Positions 1 through 10,500 of a DNA stretch of 64,000 bases are shown piece after piece. The notes beneath the pieces are model-generated. The model had not been told where the DNA came from. It saw nothing but the letters and a program-made list of their open reading frames with translations, and made no database searches. The first letter of the stretch is position 1; the number at the start of each line of letters is the position of its first letter. The position numbers were made by a program, and so were the translations under genes. Source of the stretch: Mobula birostris (Eukaryota); contig NC_092379.1 of assembly GCF_030028105.1 (NCBI RefSeq), positions 25,785,821 through 25,849,820 of the forward strand. The letters are read 5' to 3'.

Positions 1-739
1 GACATTTATGCAACGATATTTGCTCAGTATTTTTGCTATTGTCAGCAGTATATCTGTGTCTCGTAGGAAATAATATTACATAATTAACTGCAGCCCCATT
101 GCAGCGAGGTGTCGATTATGTATCATTGTTTAAAAGCTTAATTTCCATTCATTTTTGACTCAGTGTTCTATTTATTTTTTTATTGTCAGAAGTCAAGAAA
201 TTCTGTTTTTACTATTGTTTGCGGCAAGCAGTTTATGGACATTAGATATTGAAAAGAGTCAAATAATATTGTTATGACAATGCTTATGTTTTGAATTCTT
301 GTTGCAATGGCACTCCATTTTACAGGTTTTTTTAATCCCTGATAAACCGGGTAACTCACTCCATTTTGTCGACGAACGCAATTTTATTAATAAGAATGCA
401 TTCATTACATACATGTGCCTTTATGGCCAACTTTCCTCTGTTCAGTTGAATCAGAATTGACAGGTTTCAAGCTGCTAAACTGCAACGTAACATTTGAGTA
501 ACTTGCATTTGAAAAGTAAATACATAATTCAGACTAAACCAGGTAAGCAGCTGCAGATAAGTGAGTATTTATGGCTCCCTGTCTCCTGATTTAAAATTCC
601 GGACTTTCCATTCGCTTCAATCAACGTATGCTTTCACGCTGATAGAACAATTGTTGTCCGATTCAGATGAAAACAGAAACGAGAAAATGACATATTAAAT
701 GAGCAAGTAACATACGAAACTCAATTTTGGAGGTTATCT

Positions 740-1190
740 CAACGGTGAAAATGCTGGAGAAACTCAATGGGATAACGAACATCTTTGGAGAGAAAGGGTC
801 CCGAGACCCTTCATTAGCACAGTAATGCAAGGGGAAAGAACGCAGACTAATACGGACTGGATTGAAGGAGGAGCATTTTATTGGGTAAATCTCGGTGAGT
901 GGCGGACAGGGTGGTGGTGGTGGGAAATAAGGTACAATATCAGCCGTTTTGATGTAATATGGATTTACGGCCAAATGTTGAAGAATATTTTATTTGATAG
1001 AGTGGTAAAATAGATAATAACCTGAAAGATTTCGGGAAGCAAGTATTCAGCACTAGAGGACGGTAGAGCGAATGCACAAAAGCACCAGCTAGTCGTCCCA
1101 TCCATTGGTCTCTCAAATTTCTAAAATAATCGCGCGCCTGAAGCTCTCTTGCCGGCATATTTGTTTTTTTTTCTTCCCCCATCAACCTCT
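740..1190 (-). mobile_element. Decayed Penelope-like (PLE) terminal fragment with a degenerate hammerhead-like core
   Basis: Plus strand reads aaaatgctggagaaactc...catctttggagag...cccgagacccttcattagcac, the antisense of the family at 15370/33397, followed by a purine-rich tract. The core reads CTAATGA rather than CTGANGA. Confidence 0.5.
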
Positions 1191-2150
1191 AGCCATTAAT
1201 AACTGCCGCAGGGCTACATTTTACACCGGACATTAATTATCATCCATCACCAACATTCAGGACTACAGCCAGTCTATCAGGATGAGGCAAAGTTTCACGT
1301 GAAATTTCATCGGTATCATTTATAGTAAAAAAAAATTCCGCAGTCTTATGCAGCGCAATCTGCGTCACTGAAACATGACCTAGATTGGCCTTCGCTTCCT
1401 CAAGCCCTTCGCACCACCTGCGGCAACCGATGTCTTCTGGTAGTGAACCGCTTCAACTGCATTTGCAACCCACACAACTGTGTTTCCATCCGCGGTCTCG
1501 TTCACTTCCAGGTGCAACCTAGTTGCATATTTTGGGAAGAACAAACAATATTCCAATCAGAAAACTCGAAGCTCACGGTATTAAAAATTATTTTTCTCCC
1601 CGCTTCTGGTAAGCACACCACTCTGGTATCCTCCACTCCATTTTTTTTTTTTCCTTTCTGTTACGGGGTCTTTACTTCTCCATGTTGAAGTCGCCACTCT
1701 ACAGCTTGATCAATATTCTCAACAGCTGTTCTCTCTTTTCGCATGTCATTCCTTATATTGCATGAGATCTGTATTTTCATATTAGATTTCTTATTTTACT
1801 GCCTCTCCGTCCCGACCTGCATGCTGTCAGTATTTTTGTAAGTTTAGATTCCTGAGCACTGCTGCCTTCCCGTCTCCCTTGAATTCTATTATCACTGGCC
1901 AGCTCCTGCTGATCCCCACATTACTAGCATTTGATCCTTATCTTTCTGTCAGGATGATAAGTTTCGGTGCGAAAATTCGAATATTTATTTTTTCTTAATA
2001 CAGGCTGTCTAATACGCTGTTGCGTCAGAATTTGGGTGTTTTCATGGGAATAATAATAAAGTCCAAAACAAATCACAGTTACTGAAATCAAACAACGGTG
2101 GAGGACTGAGGCAGAAATACGTCAATATGGAGAGATGAACAGTTAGAGAG

Positions 2151-2322
2151 NNNNNNNNNNNNNNNNNNNNNNNNNNNNNNNNNNNNNNNNNNNNNNNNNN
2201 NNNNNNNNNNNNNNNNNNNNNNNNNNNNNNNNNNNNNNNNNNNNNNNNNNNNNNNNNNNNNNNNNNNNNNNNNNNNNNNNNNNNNNNNNNNNNNNNNNNN
2301 NNNNNNNNNNNNNNNNNNNNNN
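2151..2322. other. N gap or masked tract next to an AG-rich repeat, upstream of V1
   Basis: Run of Ns preceded by cagttagagag. Confidence 0.95.
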
Positions 2323-2502
2323 AATGGCATGGGCACGCTCATTTCGGCTCCGACATATTAGCCAATAATACACAACGGAGACGCCTCTTTATCCCCAGAA
2401 CAATATAAAATGCTTCTGATGGTCTAATATAATCTCGGCTTTGGAAGCAGAATCATGATGCATTTTGATTTTACTTTACATTCTGCAACTAAATCTATAG
2501 CC

Positions 2503-2548
2503 ATGTTGTGTATTTGGCCATTACTGATAAGTATCCTGGCTTTTCCAG
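2503..2548 (+). CDS. TCR V segment 1, leader exon (MLCIWPLLISILAFP-G)
   Basis: ATG at 2503 and 15 mostly hydrophobic codons plus G, then a phase-1 donor GTGAGT at 2549. The 79-bp intron ends in a pyrimidine-rich tract and ttacAG at 2627. Confidence 0.9.
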
Positions 2549-2627
2549 GTGAGTCTTTGTTTCAATCCTGGTTTTGGCCTTGATAATTGTCTTTATAATT
2601 TATAATTTTCTTTCTGATGTGTTACAG

Positions 2628-2934
2628 GAGCCTTTGGCGTTGAAGAAATGTCGCAGTATCCGCGTGAGTCAACGTTTGAAGAAGGACGAATTTTAACACT
2701 GTCCTGCACGTACCCTGGGTCTTATGATGGTAATACTGCTTTCTGGTACATCCAATCTCCCGGAGGAGCGCCGAGAAATATACTGAGGATTTACAGCAGC
2801 GGCTCCGTAGACCGGTCTGCACAAGCTTCAAAGCGGTTTTCCGCTGTTTATCAGAGAACAAATAAGACGTTACATTTAACAATCGCTGATGTCCTTGTCT
2901 CTGACTCTGCCTCGTATCTCTGCGCAATGATGGC
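2628..2934 (+). CDS. T-cell receptor alpha/delta-type variable segment V1, apparently functional
   Basis: In frame with the leader: GAFGVEEMSQYPRESTFEEGRILTLSCTYPGSYDGNTAFWYIQSPGGAPRNILRIY...RFSAVYQRTNKTLHLTIADVLVSDSASYLCAMM. It has the canonical V-set Cys, Trp and D-x-A-x-Y-x-C, with no stops. TRAV/TRDV-type assignment is inferred from motif style. Confidence 0.9.
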
Positions 2935-2973
2935 CACAGTGTAACAGACAAGGAGTAGACCTGTACAAAAACT
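2935..2973 (+). promoter_or_regulatory. Canonical 23-bp-spacer recombination signal sequence (RSS) of V1
   Basis: CACAGTG (2935-2941), 23-nt spacer, ACAAAAACT (2965-2973). Confidence 0.97.
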
Positions 2974-2999
2974 CTCACTGCAGCTGTTCGAGCGAGTGC

Positions 3000-3013
3000 T
3001 CTTGAGATGGCGC
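3000..3013 (+). promoter_or_regulatory. CTCF-like motif just downstream of the V1 RSS
   Basis: TCTTGAGATGGCGC, 10/14 match to CCACCAGATGGCGC; same offset as the motif at V2. Confidence 0.4.
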
Positions 3014-4679
3014 CTTCAACAATGTGAGAATGAGAACAAATTAAGTTGACAGCAATTTTCAGGAAATCCATTGCAGACCTACTCTTCAGTAAATTTGACC
3101 AATCGCTGTTTTTTTTTTTTTTTTTTTCCCAGAATGTGTGTTGGCGTTTGCCGTTCAATCTGTAAAGACTTTGAAATTCAATTTAATGCTATTAACAACA
3201 ATATTATAGCTGCAAGCGCTTAGCTTTCAAAATACTGTTATACTTCCTGTTTCTCACTTGTAGGGTGATCGGCCTTCCTACGCGCTGTCATTATTTTCAA
3301 AGCAGAGCAGATCACGTTCCTTTATTTTTTTATCAAAGACTGTTTTTTTTTTTTTGATTCGTACCTCACGATTTTAGGATCAACAAACGGGGAACTGAAT
3401 TTGAATTCTAAGTTCCCAAGCATTGCACCCTTATTTTCCCTCTTCATCGGGTATCTGTGCAGGAAATAATTTATTAATTAAGCGCAACTTCCAGTTGTGT
3501 CTGCCTGCGTATAAAAATTTCTTTCGTTATATTCCAATGGGGTTTATACACTCATTTTTATCTGTCTGCTTTTGCTGGGGGACCTCATTTTTTTTTCCAG
3601 CATCTCACAAACTCTTCCATGTTTATTGCCTAACTGATAAATGGAAGCCCTCTGTCCTTTATCATTTGTACCCCGAAATCAGTGAATCGATGTAAAGGAT
3701 TGTCGTATAAAATATATTCCGTTTGTATATTGTTGGTATAAATATGGATGTGAATATGGTACGAATACACAGTCGTGCATTGGATGTATTGGCACTGCTT
3801 TAAAAAAAAAAACTGTGACTGAATAAATGAATTTTATTGGAGCAGTGTTGGCTGGCATATTGCATCGGACGCTGTTTGCACCGAGTTCCAAGTGTTTCCT
3901 TGAGACCGAATCTGTTTCAATAATACAGATATTTGAAATCAAGAACGAGTGCCGTCTCTGAGAAAGTCAAATATCTGTGCTTTTAGATCGGACCTATGAA
4001 TTAATTATTTAAATATGCTATAGTTGTAAATTCTCAATAATATCTTCCCAGAACTAGGAAACTCATAACAAACAGACGGCGGTGTAATCTGCTCACCATA
4101 CAATTTGCTGTCCACCTTCTCGTCGGCTGCACCTCTAAGTAGTCTGCTGGTATCTTCTAATCAGGGACGATGCACTTTGTTTTTCCAATCAAGTCTGGTA
4201 TCATTGTTCTATACTCGCTCGTCAATGCAGCGCCTTTTGCTTCCGAAACCAGTTCCACGTTCTTTGTAGACGTCACATATATTCAAATGATTTAGTCTGA
4301 TATGGTTTTCGCTTCAGCTTCTGAGATACTCTCTTCGAAATGCTCTCTATTTCGTTAGAGAATAAAGAGTCTTAGTGCTGCTGCTCACAATGACTTCACA
4401 ATCTGTCATATTGGTGATGATATTGCGCCATTTCTCAGTTCAGGTGTTTCAGAATTCTGAAAAGAATGCCGCAAAAATCACATTCTCAATATCGAGTCTG
4501 GTTAGTACTGTCATGACTTTATATGTTGACAAAAATCAACTCAGTCTGTTTTGATCAATATGTAAATGAATTCGGTGTTAGAATTTATACGTAAGAGTGT
4601 TAAGTTTCATGGGGTTACGATATGCATTTAGCTCTTAATCGCACAAAAAAAAAAAAACAGACTAAGCCATCCATCCAAA

Positions 4680-5760
4680 TTCATTTCAAATTATTAGAGG
4701 CACGAGGCAATCTGAGAGACCCTGAATATTCCTAATTTTATCTTACCGCACGACGACCCCTGGCCACCCAGTCTAGGAACCTAACAAGCAATGCCAGGAA
4801 AAAATCTGAATAAGCCATTCACCATTAGCTGTCTTGAAACGCTTTACAGTTATGCCTTTTCATATTTGTCACATCCGACCTGGTATAAATCACTTTGGTT
4901 GTCCACTCTCTCTGTGCTTACTATCATATTGAACCCTTCAATTAAAACACCTGTGACCCCTATTGTCTCCAAGGAAAAGATGCCGAGCTCGCCCAGCGTT
5001 TTCTTATACGAGATGTATTCTATTCCGAATATCAGACTGTTAAAACACCTCTACATCCGCACTAAAGCTCCCATATCCTTCGTATGGAGATGCGACAAAA
5101 AATGGACGCATTCTTACAACACAAAGTATGGTTTAAATACAATTTTACACGGCTGCAATATTACCTTATATTGATCAGTTTCCCGACTAATGAGAGCCAA
5201 GACACTATGGGATTCTATGCATTTAATCAACTTGCTATGCAGCCTTAAGGAGTCTATAAATGTGAAGCCCAAGGTTTCTCTGATCCTTAGCAGTTGATAT
5301 TTTGCGAAAGAACCTCGTATTTTGCATCTCATATGGACATAACATGAAAAATTACTCGCAGCTGCGCATTCCCTGAAAATCCCTCCATACCCTACGGCTA
5401 GAGTCTAAGTAGATCTTTGGATAGTACATTCTTTCCAACGTACCTTCTTAATCTATGTAATCTGTAAAGTTTTTTACGCTCTTTCCCAATTCCCCAGTAA
5501 GGCTATTATTAAAATCGTAAGCAGCAGTTTACGATAGAACATATACCGACGGGGTAATGCTCATCAGACATCTGCATAGAGATGCCATCCAGTTACTAAC
5601 AGTATATACCTTCCGTATTACGATTTCAAGTAGTCAATTTTCTCTGCACATCATAAATTCCAACTCAGCGTACATGAGGATTTTTGACAAATGCCTAGGT
5701 GTTCTCGTGCAGTGTGTTGAAACTGTGATTAAACACCAAGTTAAACCCAAGCCAATGCAG
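4680..5760 (-). mobile_element. Decayed CR1 LINE 3' portion (RT C-terminal region and 3' UTR)
   Basis: Antisense similarity by eye to the better-preserved CR1 copy at 25701-27410; many stops. Confidence 0.55.
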
Positions 5761-5899
5761 ATAGAGTAGTCGTAAGGCTAATCATTCACTCTTCACTCTT
5801 CCACTTTAACATCGCATGGTGAAAACTGTTGATAAAATAATAGAAACATATACAGTGTCGGTTTCATTCTTGAAACCACATTTGCATCGTAAATACTTG

Positions 5900-7050
5900 T
5901 AAAAGTAAAACTATAACAAACTGTATTACAAAGGAGTCTCATTATAGGTACAACATATAGGCCGAATCACTTCAGTATTTATGCAATGTATTGTCCATCG
6001 ACGGTTCTAGGTAGATTCCCACACAATTTTTCCAGGAGTGGGCGTAGGTTTGAAAACAGTCGCTTTCGTCGCCTGCTCCTTGCACCCTCTGAACGAAACT
6101 GCTCTACAGAGAAATTGGTGTTTCTGTCATTGAAATTGCTTCTAGCGGATATGTTGGGTGATTATCAAATTGGTGAAAATTTCGAGACCAGAATCGACAA
6201 CAAACCAGTTATTTATATCCTGGTCTAGGAGGAATTCGATGTCACAGTTCATAGTTTATTGGCGACGTTATTTGCCAGAAATATCAGTCTGAACTACCGG
6301 CTAGGAAGCCGGGACTTTGATACGGAGCCGTTGTACTGACGTTCCCATGAAGGGCCGGGAATAACAAGGCTGGAGTAGGATAGAGTTGTGCATCATTTGT
6401 GAGCTTCTTGTTACGGCATTCCACAAGCTTTCTGCAACTAGAACACCCTGAATTTGAAATAGTTGCTTGCACTCAGCCCTGAAAAAGTTGCAGCGAGGTG
6501 ACCCTTCTACAGGTACCATTTGGTTTGCTCTTGTGTAAAGGGATATAGCCCAGGTTAAAAAGTCGAAGCACTCTACCATACCTCTACTGCTAAGAGCATG
6601 GAACAGATTCGAATAGTGAATCTCGGTTCTATAGAGGGTCACGGCTCTTCCAGACAAGTCTGAGCGTTCCTATATGGCTTTACCTCGGTTGTTTTGAAGT
6701 CACTTCATGCTGTTTAGTAATCATAAAGAAACTTACCTGCGGGGACCGGGATCTTTCCTGCAGATTCCAGCTTTTTATGTGGCCATGTAGCCATGAGACA
6801 GAATGGAGTATTTTCCATTTTCTCTTTGTATTTTCTCTGCCGTAATAGGCAGACATTGATTTCGTGTTACGGAGAATGCTTCAAGAGCACTGAATACTTT
6901 GCAATTATTTTAGGTATTTCCATTTACAAGGGTAAATTGGTCAATACATTATCATGATTATGGACTCTAGTTTGTTTTATGATCGGTAATGAGGGTAAAC
7001 TTATTCCCATATAAGCACTAGTTTTTTTTTTTATGTTATACCTTTCTCAA
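5900..7050 (-). mobile_element. Possible highly decayed Gypsy integrase fragment
   Basis: Weak antisense remnants resembling xNGxVER (~6510-6530) and LYRTxxH motifs. Confidence 0.3.
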
Positions 7051-7189
7051 GGCCGCTCTCCCCATCTGTGCCAATCTCTGCTACCGTATGCGATCGCCAT
7101 GTAATGTCCATGTTGCGTTCATTCCATCACGCATCATTTGCGATATGACTGCACGTAGAAAGAAAGTAATTACAGGCAGGATTGATAGA

Positions 7190-7500
7190 ACAACATGTTT
7201 CGTAGTGTTTGCCTACAGTGAGGGTTTCTCCACATTTATTTGTGAAAAAGTCACAGCAGGTGCTTTGAAAGTGGGAGGGGGAGGAGAGACCCGAAATGAT
7301 AGGAGAAGACGGGTAAAACGTGGATATGAATCAACGGCTGGGAAGTTGATTGGCAAAGGTCTACAAGGCTGGAGAAGAGGGAGTATCATGGGAAGCAAGG
7401 CCTTGGAAGTAAGAAAGAAAGAGGGAGGGGAGCACCAGAGGAAGATGGAGAATAGGCAAGGAAATATTGTGAGAGGGAATAATTTGTTTGTAAGCATTTT
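7190..7500 (-). mobile_element. Decayed PLE terminal fragment (purine-rich on plus strand)
   Basis: Same composition and motifs as 740-1190; antisense of 21240-21660. Confidence 0.45.
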
Positions 7501-7509
7501 CGAGTTAAA

Positions 7510-10500
7510 GTTAAAGTTTGGTAACGACGTTACAGTTTAACAAAAGGTAAAATGCATTGTCTATGGTATATCGCGGCATATGATGACGTCTCAGTAGGTT
7601 TCGCCGCATCCTTCGTGTTGCTTCCAATTCGGAGAAGGACAAAAGGTGGGGTCCCACGCGTGCAGCATGAACGTGAAGAGCTCCATGTCTACCCACAAAG
7701 AAACATCATAGAAACAAATCCGTAAGTTCATATGACAGTAGACATGTTGAAGTAAAAAGATATTAATGCGGATTCTGTTAAAGGAAACGATGGTTGATGA
7801 GGGTTATTACTTGTGCCATTGTGAGCATTGCTAGAAACGGTGTGGTGCAGTCTACCTAAAACCGTTGAAGGTCAATACACTGCATAAATGCTTAAGCAGA
7901 TTCTGGCTAAAAGTTGTACCTTTGATGAGACTCATTTTTAATAAAGTTTGATACAGTTTTATTTTTACAATATTTACGATGCAAACGTGCTCTGAAAAAT
8001 GAAGCAGGCACTGAATATGTTTGTATCATTTTGTTAGCAGTATTCACCATACGATGTTAATGTGGAACAGTGAACAGTAAATGGTTAACCTGACGACGAC
8101 TCTGCCTTCATTGGCTCCGGTTTAACTTGGTGTTTAGTCAGCGTTTCAACTCACTGCGCAAGAACATTAAAGTGAAAAGAATGAATCATTAGCTGTTTCG
8201 ACAAATGGTACGATGGCTTCGTGACAAAGCACCAAGTCGTTTGCATCCAGCGCCAAGTGCAGTAGGACGTCGGCAAGTGTGGCTGCCCTTGTAACACCTA
8301 AAGCAGAAGCCGTGAAGTGCTAGCGTCGTACGCTAACCAAGAGGCTAAACTGAAAATGGAAAACGGCTGCCAGAGAAGCGAAAAGTATCACAAGATACGC
8401 ACAAAACCAGATGGAAAATGCTGCCAAAGAAGCGGAAAACTAGTTGGAAAAGCACGGATAGATATAGAGTTAGAAGTGCTGATGCTACAACGAGATGCTG
8501 ATGCAGCCGCAGTGGAAGCACAAGTGTCGGAAAATGCTGAAGAAATGCACTTTCTGGATGAAACACTAACATCGATATCAGAAAGAGCCAAATGGGAACG
8601 CACCAGAGAATATGTTTAATTTCAAATTGACCTGCAGGTTCATTCTCGTTCTCCATACCTGCCTGTTGCTGTTATATCTCATGTGAAATCACGGAGTAAC
8701 TTCGTTGCATCGCGTCCACCTGGGGAAGACAACTCACAACTGCAAACTTGCAACAAAATTAGATATGAGAGGGCTGACTATAGATACTTTCCGACACCAA
8801 ACTTAACAGATCCGGCGAGAGCTGAGACAAAGGCTGAGGTCAGAGCATCAAATCCCATCATGAACGTACATGCTCACTCATATGCCCCAGCATATTCCCC
8901 CACCTAGCACGCCACCAGCAGCAGAACCCTTGACACAGTATTTAGCGCAATGAGACCTCGCCAATTCAGGCTGTACCAGCCTGACAATAAGCCTGAAAAT
9001 TACATTGCATGGTACTCATCATTCACCAGAGCAGCCGGCGGAATCCAGCTGACAGCAATCCATGAGTTGGACCTTATGACTAAATGGCTGGGAAAGAAAT
9101 CAAATGAACAGGTGAAACGCATACGCTCATGTAGGTCAACAACCACAATCTATCTTTACAGAAAGCATGGGAGAGACTTCGGGACTGCTAAGCGGCCCCT
9201 CATATTATTGAGAAGTCGCTATTTCAACGGCTGGACATTTTTTTTTTCTGGGGTGTCAGACAATGACCACACTGAATTACGAAAAATCGGAGATTTACTC
9301 ATGGAGTTTGAAGGTCCCAAAGAAGACGGCTATTTAATTGGTCTGTGGTATCTGGATACTTCACGCGGAATTGGAGCAATTGTGGACAAACTTCTATTTT
9401 GGCTGCTGGAAATCTGGGTGTCTATTGGCTCAGGGTACAAGGAAGAGAACGGTCATCCATTCTTTCCCTTTGTGTATTTATTAGGTTTGTGTGCAAAGAG
9501 GAGAAGTAGCGAAACGCCCCTAGCTTCATGTATCAAGGTAGCTCCACAACTCAATTGAAGCCAGTCAAATCATTTTGAACAATTTTAACGTCAATAAACC
9601 CGTATCAGTACACAAAATCGAAGTCTCCACAACCAATGATCACCCTAGCAAGAATTGTCCATTGCACAACAAACCCCACCCCCTCAGAAATGCTGAATGT
9701 TTAGAAACAAACCCGTTGACGAAAGAATTTCGCTTTGTCAAGGAAAAAAGAATATGTTTTAAGTGCTGTTCCTCTATCTCCAACATCGCGGGTTGTGAGC
9801 ATTTCTACTTGTGCGATGGTGTGTCGGCATCGCTGGGCAATTCGGGCACTACGCGCATGCGCACATACCTGCCCGTGCAAGGCTTCATGGTCATTGTAGT
9901 CCAATCGGGAAAACAAGAAGCGAGCGTCTTTTTTAGTAAAAGCGAAATGTGTCCTCCGTAATTTCGGAGGTCTGTAAAGCTTTATTCAAGCATTGCAAAC
10001 AGATTTGTTTCCCTGCCCTTCTGCCGCCCAATGGGAAGCTATTGCAGCGTAGCATGAAATGCGATGGTACCTAGCGGACCAATCACAGTTCCTAGACGGT
10101 CTGCTTTGACGCGACGCGCGGGTAAATTTTGAGGTTTGCGTCGCTGCAACGCCGACTCAGGCGTAGGGTTCCGCGTCGGTATTGCGTACTTTTTGCGGCG
10201 ACGCAGACCTTCCGACGACATCTTGACGCAGAAGAATAAACAAGGCTTTTAAGGAGCGTATGTTCCCCGTAAAGTGCTTTAAGCACTATGGGGCCATGCA
10301 TCCAGGCCCATCACCGCAAAATGCCAAAGCACATTCACTGTCACAACAGAACGGCGGGAAGGGAGAGGATCACTCCAACATAACTATTGTCAGCTCAAGC
10401 TGCAGAGAAGTTTGCGGTCCAGGTCCGTCCAGCTGTTCGTGCTAAAAAAATCTGCCTCACTCAGGTATAACCTAAGGGAGTCAAATAAAAGGCCATCGAA

